Assembly: GCA_046582655.1 (NCBI GenBank)
Contig: JAYGDX010000082.1
Location: 1 to 64,000 of the forward strand
Direction of reading: 5' to 3'
DNA length: 64,000 nt
Source of the DNA: Candidatus Poribacteria bacterium
GTDB lineage: Bacteria > Poribacteria > WGA-4E > UBA9662
The position numbers and the translations under genes were made by a program. The stretch's first letter is position 1; every line of letters starts with the position of its first letter. Of this stretch, positions 30,213-38,913 are shown one piece after another. Below the pieces are notes generated by a model. The model made no database searches, was not told where the DNA came from, and saw nothing but the letters and a program-made list of their open reading frames with translations.

Positions 30213-32079
30213 AAAATCGTTTTTAAAGGAATTAGACGATCGAATTCTTGTTTGTGATGGTGCGTTTGGCACCCAACTTCGCAAGCGAATTCCTTCTCAT
30301 GTTACGTGTCTTGACGCATGCAATATTGATTCAGACTACCTGTATATTGTCCAAAACATTCATCGAGAATACAAAGCTGCCGGCGCTGACATCATCCAGA
30401 CGAATACCTTTGGTGCCAACGCCAAGAAGCTGGAGTTTCATGGACTTGATGAGCAAGTTGAGGAGATTAACTCCGCCGGAGCTTGGCTGGCTCGAGAAGT
30501 GGCGGCCGAGGACGTTTTCGTTGCCGGATCTGTTGGTCCGATTGAATCCAGCCCTTTTAGCCATGAATTCTCAGCTGAAGAAGTTAGTAGAGCTTTTAAG
30601 GGGCAAATGGAGGCACTCGTTGAAAGTGGGGTAGATCTCATAATGCTAGAAACCTTTACGGACAGCAGAGAGGTTGAAATTGCGACACAACTTGCGTTGA
30701 CTTATGATTTACCGGTTGTTGTACAAATCCGCGGTATGTCCAGAGGGAAGTTAAGCGATGGTACAGATATATGCGTGTTCGCCCGTCAGATGGAAAATCT
30801 TGGTGTTGCAGCTGCTGGAATAAATGATAGGTCTCCACACGAAGTTACCGAAATTCTTAAAAGGTTGGCAAAGGTAGTTAGTCTACCAATTATAGTACAG
30901 CCGGATGCCGGTGCGCCAAGAATCAGCCAAGGAAAGTTACTGGCAGAAGAATACACTGTTGCAGCTCACCTGTACGGTGAGTACGTGAGCAGCTTTGTTA
31001 AGTTAGGTGCAAACATTATTGGTGGTTGTTGCGGTACTACTCCAGAACATATTCAACAAGTAAAGTTGATAACCGAAGGCATCCCACCGGCTGAACGGGA
31101 AAAGCAGGTTTTCGTTTTTGAAGACGTACCCAAACCCTTTAAAGCGGAGTTTCATGACAATCCAATTCAACAGATCTTCGATGAAAAGGACGCGATCATC
31201 AGTGTCGAGATGCGTGCCAAAACCTTCACACAGTTTTCGGCTATGATCCGCGAATCAAAAAATCTAGCCAAGGCTAGGATAGATCTCTTTGATGTTCCCG
31301 ACAATGCTGGTGCAACCGTCAATATTGGCGCGATTGGCACAGCATTTCGATTACAACAGGAAACCAGCATTCCAACGATCATTCACTGGACGACACGCCA
31401 GCGTAATTTAATTAGTACCCAGTCACATCTGTTAGAAGCATGGGCTTTGGGTATTGAGGGCATTTTGGCGCTATCTGGAGATCATCCTAAGGTTGGACGA
31501 TTTGAGACGGCTAGAATTGTAACTGATTTGAAAGGATCTGTTCAACTAATCGAATTAATTACTCGGCTCAATAACAATCAACTTATCAATGGGACATCGA
31601 TTGGTGAACCTTGTAATTTTCATATTGGAGCGGGATTCAACATTGCTGAAAACCTGGAAAATCAGGTTAAACACCTGACTCAGAAAGTTGAAAATGGTGC
31701 TCAGTTTGTCTACACGCAACCAGTTTATACGCTTGATGATATTGAAAGAGCCCATGAAGCGACCAAGCACCTTGGGGTGAAAATACTGTACGGTATCTTG
31801 CCAATCACGACTCCACGCAGTATTCCTTTTCTGCGTGATAATTTAGGAATCTACATACCACGTTCAATTGTTGAGCAGTTCAGCGAGACAAGTGATGCGA
31901 TGTCAACGCGTTTCGGCTTAGAGATGATTAACAACTTTGCCTGTAACCTACGCCAACAGAATCGAGTCCCCATTGATGGGATATATATCATCCCGCCATC
32001 AAACATTAACTGGAAAAACAAACGGAAAGCTGTTATTGATATTATTGAGGCTTATCGAGGTCAAATCGCTGCCGAATAA
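30205..32079 (+). CDS. Bifunctional homocysteine S-methyltransferase / 5,10-methylenetetrahydrofolate reductase (YitJ-like)
   Basis: N-terminal DGAFGT, AGADIIQTNTFGAN, GSVGP, LETF, IGGCCGTTPEHI; C-terminal MTHFR-like LALSGD.P and K...GAQF..TQP.Y. Confidence 0.9.
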   Translation: MSKKSFLKELDDRILVCDGAFGTQLRKRIPSHVTCLDACNIDSDYLYIVQNIHREYKAAGADIIQTNTFGANAKKLEFHGLDEQVEEINSAGAWLAREVAAEDVFVAGSVGPIESSPFSHEFSAEEVSRAFKGQMEALVESGVDLIMLETFTDSREVEIATQLALTYDLPVVVQIRGMSRGKLSDGTDICVFARQMENLGVAAAGINDRSPHEVTEILKRLAKVVSLPIIVQPDAGAPRISQGKLLAEEYTVAAHLYGEYVSSFVKLGANIIGGCCGTTPEHIQQVKLITEGIPPAEREKQVFVFEDVPKPFKAEFHDNPIQQIFDEKDAIISVEMRAKTFTQFSAMIRESKNLAKARIDLFDVPDNAGATVNIGAIGTAFRLQQETSIPTIIHWTTRQRNLISTQSHLLEAWALGIEGILALSGDHPKVGRFETARIVTDLKGSVQLIELITRLNNNQLINGTSIGEPCNFHIGAGFNIAENLENQVKHLTQKVENGAQFVYTQPVYTLDDIERAHEATKHLGVKILYGILPITTPRSIPFLRDNLGIYIPRSIVEQFSETSDAMSTRFGLEMINNFACNLRQQNRVPIDGIYIIPPSNINWKNKRKAVIDIIEAYRGQIAAE

Positions 32080-33221
32080 ATATCGATCATATCCTGTAAA
32101 GTGCAAACACGCGGATTTAGTTGGTGACAAACGTCCTGAATCGCTTGTTCTGCTAAAACCGGAATCTGGTTGGCTTCCACTCCCACTTGGCTCAAATTTT
32201 GTGGAATACCGACATCCTGACACAGCATTAACACCTGATCAATTGCTGCCTGCGCACCTTCTTCCAGAGACAGGCTTCCTGTCTCCACCCCCAGTGCTGA
32301 AGCAACGTCCACAAGTCGGTCAGCAGAGACTTGACGGTTAAAATCCATCGCATGAGGTAACACAATCGCATTGGCCAGGCCGTGATGAAGTCCCGAAACT
32401 GTTGATAATGGATGAGCCAGTGAATGGGTAACACCGAGTCCTTTCTGGAACGCAATAGCACCCATCATGGCAGCAACTAACATGTTTCCACGGGCTTCTA
32501 GATCTGTCCCGTCTTCAACTGCGCGGCGCAGGTTTTCAGACACAAGTTTCATTCCTTCCAACGCGATACCATCACAAATCGGATGGAAGTTTTTTGCTAA
32601 GTACGCCTCAAGATTATGTGTTAGAGCATCCATACCAGTTGCGGCAGTCAACCCACGGGGCAATCCAACAGTAAGTTCCGGATCGGCAATAACCACTTTA
32701 GCTAGCAGGTGAGGACTAAAGATAACGGTTTTTCGCCCACTTGATTCAAGTGTTACAACAGCACTCCGGCCAACTTCGCTTCCTGTTCCAGCAGCGGTTG
32801 GTATTGCCATGAAATCGGGTAGATTGGAAGAGATTTTCTTATGGCCGCCTATGGAATCTTCATACTCCTCTAAAGGTAATTCGTGCGTCGACTTGAGACA
32901 AATAAGCTTAGCGATGTCCAGAGGGCTACCCCCACCAATACCAATCACAAAATCACATACATTATTCGTATACACTTTAACGCCATCATAAACATCCTGC
33001 TCAATGGGATTCCCTTGCACACCATCGTATATCGCGTATTGAACTCCAGCAATCTCAAGCTGTTGAGTAACAATGTCAATCAGTCCAGCTTGAAGAAGTC
33101 CCTTATCAGCAACAATCAAGGCTTTTTTAATCTGAAACTTGGATAGTTCTTTCGGAATGGTTTGGATGGTACCATTTCCGAAGACAATATGTGTTGGAAA
33201 GGTAAAAATTGCTTTTTTCAT
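32061..33221 (-). CDS. Iron-containing alcohol dehydrogenase
   Basis: GGGSPLD.AK, IPTAAGTGSE, GMDALTHNLEAY, HSLAH..HHGLANA. Confidence 0.93.
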   Translation of the reverse strand: MKKAIFTFPTHIVFGNGTIQTIPKELSKFQIKKALIVADKGLLQAGLIDIVTQQLEIAGVQYAIYDGVQGNPIEQDVYDGVKVYTNNVCDFVIGIGGGSPLDIAKLICLKSTHELPLEEYEDSIGGHKKISSNLPDFMAIPTAAGTGSEVGRSAVVTLESSGRKTVIFSPHLLAKVVIADPELTVGLPRGLTAATGMDALTHNLEAYLAKNFHPICDGIALEGMKLVSENLRRAVEDGTDLEARGNMLVAAMMGAIAFQKGLGVTHSLAHPLSTVSGLHHGLANAIVLPHAMDFNRQVSADRLVDVASALGVETGSLSLEEGAQAAIDQVLMLCQDVGIPQNLSQVGVEANQIPVLAEQAIQDVCHQLNPRVCTLQDMIDIYSAAI

Positions 33222-33238
33222 CTTAGCGTAAATTCCTT

Positions 33239-33267
33239 TTGACAGGCTATAAGTGCAATGCTATAAT
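33239..33267 (+). promoter_or_regulatory. Perfect consensus sigma70 promoter TTGACA-N17-TATAAT with TG extension
   Basis: ttgaca ggctataagtgcaatgc tataat, upstream of the FNR gene. Confidence 0.8.
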
Positions 33268-33412
33268 TTGAAATCGCTCTAATTAGACTACTATTGTGTT
33301 GCAAAAGTGCGTCTACCTTGAATACCGAAAAACCTGCCAATCCCAGCTAGTTTTTTTGAATCTGACGTTCAAAAGTTGGGAATTAGCAATTCATAAATGA
33401 AAAAGGTAAGTT

Positions 33413-34405
33413 GTGTTCAGATCCCTAAGCAGGCCTGATGACCTGCAACTTGGTCCCGTACCAGAAATTGCAATCAACTTATATAATAAAAAGAAAACAT
33501 TTGTAGCAAAGGTTGTCGACAAATATCGGATTTCGCATACATCCAGTCCAAACCATTGCTGGCACGTCATTCTGGACATTAGGGACAGTGAAATGGCAGG
33601 TAAATATCGCGTTGGTCAAAGCCTCGGAGTTTTTCCTGACGGACGATTTAATAATCACGAGTTTAATTATGTTCACCAGTCGTTAACAAATCAAGTCCGT
33701 TTATATTCAATTGCTTCGGCATGCTGGGGGGATGACTGGCATGGAAATACTGTCTCTCTTTGCGTAAAACGCGAACTTAACGAAGATGCCGAAACAGGTG
33801 AACTGGTTATGGGCTCTACATCAAACTTCATATGTGACGTCCAACTTGGCAACTCAATTGACATCACGGGGCCTGTTGGTAAATCGTTCCTTTTGCCTGA
33901 AGATCCGCTTAATTATCACTATGTGCTGGTAGCAACGGGGACTGGAATTGCTCCCTACCGTGGAATGATTGTCGAACTATTTAATCAGGGTTTTGAAGGA
34001 GAAGTGTGGCTCATTTTCGGCGTTCCATACTCCACTGATATTATGTACGATGATGCTTTTTCCCATTTTGCTGAAAGACATCCTAACTTTCATTACCACA
34101 CAGCGATAAGCCGAGAAACACGAAACGCAAAGGGAGGAAGATTTTACGTTCAAGATGCGTTAGAGGAAAATCAGGATCAACTTGCGCCGCTTTTAGAAAA
34201 ACCGAACTGTTTGATGTACCTCTGTGGATTAAAGGGCATGGAATACGGTATTTATCCATGGTTGTACCGAATCAAATCCAACTTAGTATCGCTCCCTGAT
34301 GACATCACACTTGATCAAATAGAGAACCTGCCACGCAATGCTAGGGAATGGACTCGTATAGAACGCGCACGAGACAAGAACCGCCTGCTGAAAGAAACGT
34401 ATTAG
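33413..34405 (+). CDS. Ferredoxin--NADP+ reductase, plant/PetH type
   Basis: RLYSIAS, SLCVKR, SNF.CD, ITGPVG, ATGTGIAPYR, FGVP, YVQD, YLCGLKGM and C-terminal ETY. Confidence 0.9.
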   Translation: MFRSLSRPDDLQLGPVPEIAINLYNKKKTFVAKVVDKYRISHTSSPNHCWHVILDIRDSEMAGKYRVGQSLGVFPDGRFNNHEFNYVHQSLTNQVRLYSIASACWGDDWHGNTVSLCVKRELNEDAETGELVMGSTSNFICDVQLGNSIDITGPVGKSFLLPEDPLNYHYVLVATGTGIAPYRGMIVELFNQGFEGEVWLIFGVPYSTDIMYDDAFSHFAERHPNFHYHTAISRETRNAKGGRFYVQDALEENQDQLAPLLEKPNCLMYLCGLKGMEYGIYPWLYRIKSNLVSLPDDITLDQIENLPRNAREWTRIERARDKNRLLKETY

Positions 34406-34408
34406 TTG

Positions 34409-35212
34409 TCAACCAACTTCCTCCCCATCTAATCTGCCAACTCGTAGGTCAACCTCATCTCTAGCTTCGATTTTATCAACTCTTCCATCTTCCATATGAA
34501 AAATGCGATCAGAGACATCAAGCATCTTCGTGTCGTGTGTTGCAGTGATAATTGTTACTTGTTGCTCAGAGTTAAGCCCTTTTAGCAGGTTAATGATGTC
34601 GAGGCCGGTGTGAGTATCCAAGTTTCCTGTTGGTTCATCAGCTAGCACAATGGCGGGGTCGTTTGCGAAGGATCTAGCGATAGCCACACGTTGCTGCTGA
34701 CCTCCAGAGAGTTCCAAAGGTTTATGTTGGACTCGGTCACCAAGTCCAACCAAGGAAAGTAGATGTACCGCTTTGTCACGGCTATCATCTGCCGTCATCC
34801 CGCCAAAGATCATTGGCAAGGAAACATTCTCCAGTGCTGTCATAACCGGTATCAGGTTGAACGACTGAAAGATATAACCGATTTTTCGGCACCGCAGCCA
34901 GGCAAGTTCATAGGCATCGAGTTGAGCGATATCGACCTCATCAATGTAGACACGACCTTCAGTTGGTTTATCAAGGCCGCCAATCATATTAAATAGAGTT
35001 GATTTTCCGGATCCAGACGGGCCCATGATTGAAACGTACTCACCGCGCTGAATTTCAAAGTTTACACCCCTTAACGCTTGAACATCATTACTTCCCATCT
35101 CGTATTTTTTAATAAGGTTACGGACCCGAACCGTATTTTCTATCGGCAGTTGGTCTTTAAACTTGGCTGGCGACTCTATTGGGGCTGGTGCTGTTGGCTG
35201 ATTCTGCAGCAT
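34409..35212 (-). CDS. ABC transporter ATP-binding protein (LolD/MacB/FtsE type)
   Basis: GPSGSGKST, IGYIFQSFNL, LSGGQQQRVAIAR, LADEPTGNLD, ATHD. ATG at 35212 has a GGAGAAGGAG RBS. Confidence 0.95.
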   Translation of the reverse strand: MLQNQPTAPAPIESPAKFKDQLPIENTVRVRNLIKKYEMGSNDVQALRGVNFEIQRGEYVSIMGPSGSGKSTLFNMIGGLDKPTEGRVYIDEVDIAQLDAYELAWLRCRKIGYIFQSFNLIPVMTALENVSLPMIFGGMTADDSRDKAVHLLSLVGLGDRVQHKPLELSGGQQQRVAIARSFANDPAIVLADEPTGNLDTHTGLDIINLLKGLNSEQQVTIITATHDTKMLDVSDRIFHMEDGRVDKIEARDEVDLRVGRLDGEEVG

Positions 35213-35666
35213 TGGTCTCTCCTTCTCCGTTCTCTCTTTCCTGATCTGTTGGCTGTTTATCCGTTTTCCGATTTTGCGGCACGGCAAAGGCAATAATTCC
35301 ACGCTTACCAAGTGTCTGCATATAACTGAAAAGCGAGGTTTCAGCCTCTTTCCGCGTCATTTTGTATCTATCACGCAAGCTTTTAACTATCTGCTTGATG
35401 GAGTGATGTCCATCGCAAAGTTGCCACACAAGCGATCCAACCTCGTCCAAGACAACGATTCGCTTGGGTGGAAGTTTAAAAATCCTGGCCATGATCCTCA
35501 ACCACTTCTTGTGCGTCTGTGGAATTTTCAATACTACTTCACTACGATCGTCCACCTCCCAATCAATGAGTTGGTTTCTAAGTGGGTGCATGCCAACCAG
35601 TGTCTCTTTATCGGGAGTAGGCGGTCGCTTCTTTAACTTAAGTTTATAAAGAATTCTGTTCAGCAT
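35157..35666 (-). CDS. Stand-alone PqqD-family / RiPP recognition element (RRE) protein
   Basis: LDEVGSLVWQLCDGHHSIKQIVKSLRDRY.....EAETSLFSYMQTLGKRGII matches the PqqD winged-helix pattern. Confidence 0.85.
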   Translation of the reverse strand: MLNRILYKLKLKKRPPTPDKETLVGMHPLRNQLIDWEVDDRSEVVLKIPQTHKKWLRIMARIFKLPPKRIVVLDEVGSLVWQLCDGHHSIKQIVKSLRDRYKMTRKEAETSLFSYMQTLGKRGIIAFAVPQNRKTDKQPTDQERENGEGETNAAESANSTSPNRVASQV

Positions 35667-35679
35667 TGATCAAAAAACC

Positions 35680-36636
35680 TCAATTGTGCATGGCAATGCT
35701 ATCAGCAACAAGTTTTGCGGTTTCGACAGCGTCAGTTTTCGATACAACCTGTATCACATAAATTCGGTTCGATTCATAACAGTGCCGAATATGAGCCACA
35801 AAGCACTTCCTTTTCCTGATCTGATTCGCCAATTGAACGCTGCGGATAGGAATATTGTCTGTAACGCGTGTTTCCTCACCGCTGAGAATCAAGTGTTCAA
35901 CTCCATCCTGATCCATCGACTCGATCTGAAAACCAAACCCACGAATGGCCTTCTTGTACTTGGTTCGAAACCAATCTTCAAGTGTTTGATCTTTCAACAA
36001 CACATCTGCAAGACCATAACGCTCGATACTCAGACGGCGTTTTCGATCAGTGAATGAACCTGGATTGACAAAGGAAAAAAGCAAGTACCCAGAAAGTAAC
36101 TGATGTTTATCCAGCCGATAATCCTTGGGCACCTCAACGTGCAGATTGTAGGCGGTCCACATAAGTTTCTGATCATCTGGTTCAATCTGTACAGAGGTAA
36201 AGATCTCTTCAGTAATAGCCCGAATATTCTGATTCGGTTTGCCCATTACTTGTATCAATGTAATACGCCGCGTTGCCGGGCAAAAGAAGATCAGGCCATT
36301 GGCTTGTATTTCCCCCTTCCATGTAAAGAAAACCAGATCGTAACCATCGAAAAAAGCATCATCTTTAATCAGATTGACATTACGCTTAATTTGCAGATCT
36401 TGCTTCGTCTTCTTGTAGGTCTTTCGAATAATCTTGAAGTAATCATCAAGAACTGCGTGTAAATCGGGGTTACGACGTTTCGATTTGGCGACAGACCATT
36501 TCAGCTCCAGACGAGGCATGAACTCGTCTTCCAACCTTAAATACCCTTCATTCTGATCGCCAGACAAGCCACTGATCTCCCACTCCTCGGGGAGTTCAGC
36601 CACAATTCCTGCCCAACCAAATTTCATCCATTTCAT
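35680..36636 (-). CDS. Hypothetical soluble protein, probably two tandem PsbP/DcrB-like halves
   Basis: Two similar starts, FGWAGIVAELPEEWEI and WTAYNLHVEVPKDYRL. Starts 8 nt after the OPT-like stop. Confidence 0.65.
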   Translation of the reverse strand: MKWMKFGWAGIVAELPEEWEISGLSGDQNEGYLRLEDEFMPRLELKWSVAKSKRRNPDLHAVLDDYFKIIRKTYKKTKQDLQIKRNVNLIKDDAFFDGYDLVFFTWKGEIQANGLIFFCPATRRITLIQVMGKPNQNIRAITEEIFTSVQIEPDDQKLMWTAYNLHVEVPKDYRLDKHQLLSGYLLFSFVNPGSFTDRKRRLSIERYGLADVLLKDQTLEDWFRTKYKKAIRGFGFQIESMDQDGVEHLILSGEETRVTDNIPIRSVQLANQIRKRKCFVAHIRHCYESNRIYVIQVVSKTDAVETAKLVADSIAMHN

Positions 36637-36643
36637 GGCCGTT

Positions 36644-38635
36644 TTAGAACGGCTTGACAATCACTGCTTTCGAAACCAGTGCAATAGCAACGCTAACCAT
36701 CCCAATCAACCCAACACCACAGGAGAAGCCTGCCGCTAATACTGGATTGAACATGAACCACCTCTTTAAACCAAATCGCTTAATCATGTAAAAACGACCA
36801 ATTATTGCGCCAACCAAGCGGGGTAGCATCATTCCTGGATCTCCCCCCAGCCCACCAATAACCCCGAAAAACCACATACTGGGTAATTTAAACATCCATA
36901 TTAGGCCTCGAATGGCTAACATTGACGTAAACCCAGCTGACAGATAATCCCCGCGTATCGCCTGAAGCATCTGGCTGTTTCCATCGCGTAAAGCTGTTAT
37001 CCTAAGAGCTTCGTTTGTTGCATTAAACGGCCATTTAATTTGAGCATCCGGATATTGTGCCGAAGGAATAGGGGCAATTTTCCAGATGAAATGCCAGACA
37101 ATAATTCCGGAGATAATGAGAATTGGCATAATAAGTAAATCACCCGCTATTTTACTGGTGAACGTTGTACCGGTTAGTTCAAGCACTCGCCACCCTTGAG
37201 TACCTGCTCCATAATCTTCATCTGGCCAATGTACAAACCAAATGTCAACCTCTTCATAACGGCTCAAAATGAGAGTCATTTCATGCAGATATGGTATCTC
37301 GAACAGATCCCTACCTAACACACCATAAGTTCGAGCGGTTATATAGGAATTTAGTGGCGTATAGAGAAAAGCAAACCCGAGAAAAAAAGTAAGTGGGAAA
37401 CTAGGTACCATAAATTTATGAACTATCCATACATAGACACTCATGGAGACCAGCCACATAGATCCCATGAACCAGATTGGGAAATCACCCCGTCCAGCCG
37501 GAGGGGCAAGAACGCTTTGTCCACCGCTTGCTTTCTGCTTTTTTCTCATTTGCATGAATATTGGGACAGAAGCTGCGAAACCGATGACAGCCAAACTGAA
37601 GGCCTTACCTATTGAGAAACTGATCCAAAAATCGAGACCATTATAAAGCCCCGTACCGCGAACGTCCAGTCCAGGCCGCCATTGATGTAAGATCTCACTT
37701 CGGTACAGGACTTGCGGATTCAGGAAAAACTGCGTAAAACACGCGGTGACAAATTCGGAAAAAACAACTGGAAACGGTAGAACGAAGCCGGTAAGAATCT
37801 GACTGAAATCGGTTGAAAGTGCAAAGACACCTGTTGGGGCGAAACCTTCGATAGCAGGCGTGAAATCGATCCAAGGAATTTTCAGGATCATAATAGGTTC
37901 AGACATCATCACACCAGTTAATGAAGGAATGCCAATGTAAATGAATCCCCAGATTAAACCTGACATTGACCCTATGGAAAAGATTCTCCATCGCCAAGTT
38001 TCGCTTTTAGTGGTGGATTCAGCTAGAGCAGTCGCACCCTGTGCTGCAATCGGTGCCATTGGGAAAGGTAACCGTTCAAAATCGGCTGTCACGCGAAACA
38101 AAACATATGAAGCCCCCAACCCTCGCATTACTCCCAATAATTTAAAGATAATAAACATCAGGATCGGCCAGTACCAATCCATATGCAAGAGAGATCTCTC
38201 AGCAATAGCGATGGAATCCGGCGCTGGGGCTGTCCACCAGGGAACCTTATCGGCAATTTCATATGACTCTGCTTGCGGTGTCCCGATGAAATAAGAGTAC
38301 CATATGAAACCACGGTATTGGGTACCTGCTCCAACTGCCGCTCCGGTCAAACCTAACAACATGTAAAGTTCTTGCCGTTTTGCAGTAGTAAAAGACCTGC
38401 GCGCCAGTTCTGTGAAAAGGATAACCGCCACCCAAGGCGCCGCCCCTGCACCAGATGTACCTGAGACTAACGTTAGGTATATCGCACCTGGCATCATCAG
38501 AAGACCGATAAACAGGGCTCCCAGGAAGACCTTTAAAGTCAATCCCGACTCAAAGGCTCGAATCCCCCCATCGATATCATAACGTTTGGCCCATGCTTGC
38601 CACTCTTGGGCTTCGGTAACTCTTTCTCTCGCCAA
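36644..38635 (-). CDS. OPT/YSL-like multi-pass membrane transporter
   Basis: Many TM segments (roughly 15 by eye); G.T....GA.F......P...YL.L..G, QE..., and ERLPFPMAP..A OPT-like motif. TTG start with GGAGG RBS. Confidence 0.75.
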   Translation of the reverse strand: MARERVTEAQEWQAWAKRYDIDGGIRAFESGLTLKVFLGALFIGLLMMPGAIYLTLVSGTSGAGAAPWVAVILFTELARRSFTTAKRQELYMLLGLTGAAVGAGTQYRGFIWYSYFIGTPQAESYEIADKVPWWTAPAPDSIAIAERSLLHMDWYWPILMFIIFKLLGVMRGLGASYVLFRVTADFERLPFPMAPIAAQGATALAESTTKSETWRWRIFSIGSMSGLIWGFIYIGIPSLTGVMMSEPIMILKIPWIDFTPAIEGFAPTGVFALSTDFSQILTGFVLPFPVVFSEFVTACFTQFFLNPQVLYRSEILHQWRPGLDVRGTGLYNGLDFWISFSIGKAFSLAVIGFAASVPIFMQMRKKQKASGGQSVLAPPAGRGDFPIWFMGSMWLVSMSVYVWIVHKFMVPSFPLTFFLGFAFLYTPLNSYITARTYGVLGRDLFEIPYLHEMTLILSRYEEVDIWFVHWPDEDYGAGTQGWRVLELTGTTFTSKIAGDLLIMPILIISGIIVWHFIWKIAPIPSAQYPDAQIKWPFNATNEALRITALRDGNSQMLQAIRGDYLSAGFTSMLAIRGLIWMFKLPSMWFFGVIGGLGGDPGMMLPRLVGAIIGRFYMIKRFGLKRWFMFNPVLAAGFSCGVGLIGMVSVAIALVSKAVIVKPF

Positions 38636-38683
38636 ATTTATCCTCCGTTAATCCCTAAACTAATCCACGGTACTGCCAATACA

Positions 38684-38890
38684 TTATTCCGGCATCTCAC
38701 CATCATCTGCTTCTTTTCCAACCGCTTCAGAAATATAAGCCACAAAAATCCCAATGATTAGAACACCTGCCGCCAATAACTGTGGCCGCCATCCGCCTCC
38801 CAAGAATAGGATGGAAATGAGCCAGAACACCGTACCGACACTAATGATAATGTACGCCAGTTTTCCCAACAATAAACCATGTTCATCCAT
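38684..38890 (-). CDS. Small two-TM membrane protein
   Basis: 68 aa, two hydrophobic helices, acidic tail, AAGGAG RBS; lies within the operon. Confidence 0.75.
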   Translation of the reverse strand: MDEHGLLLGKLAYIIISVGTVFWLISILFLGGGWRPQLLAAGVLIIGIFVAYISEAVGKEADDGEMPE

Positions 38891-38913
38891 TTCAGCTCCT
38901 TACATAAATCACA

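Noticed and set aside
38684..38890. 68-aa ORF as the RiPP precursor for the PqqD/RRE protein
   Set aside because: It consists of two hydrophobic TM helices with no leader/core pattern, and no modifying enzyme is nearby.
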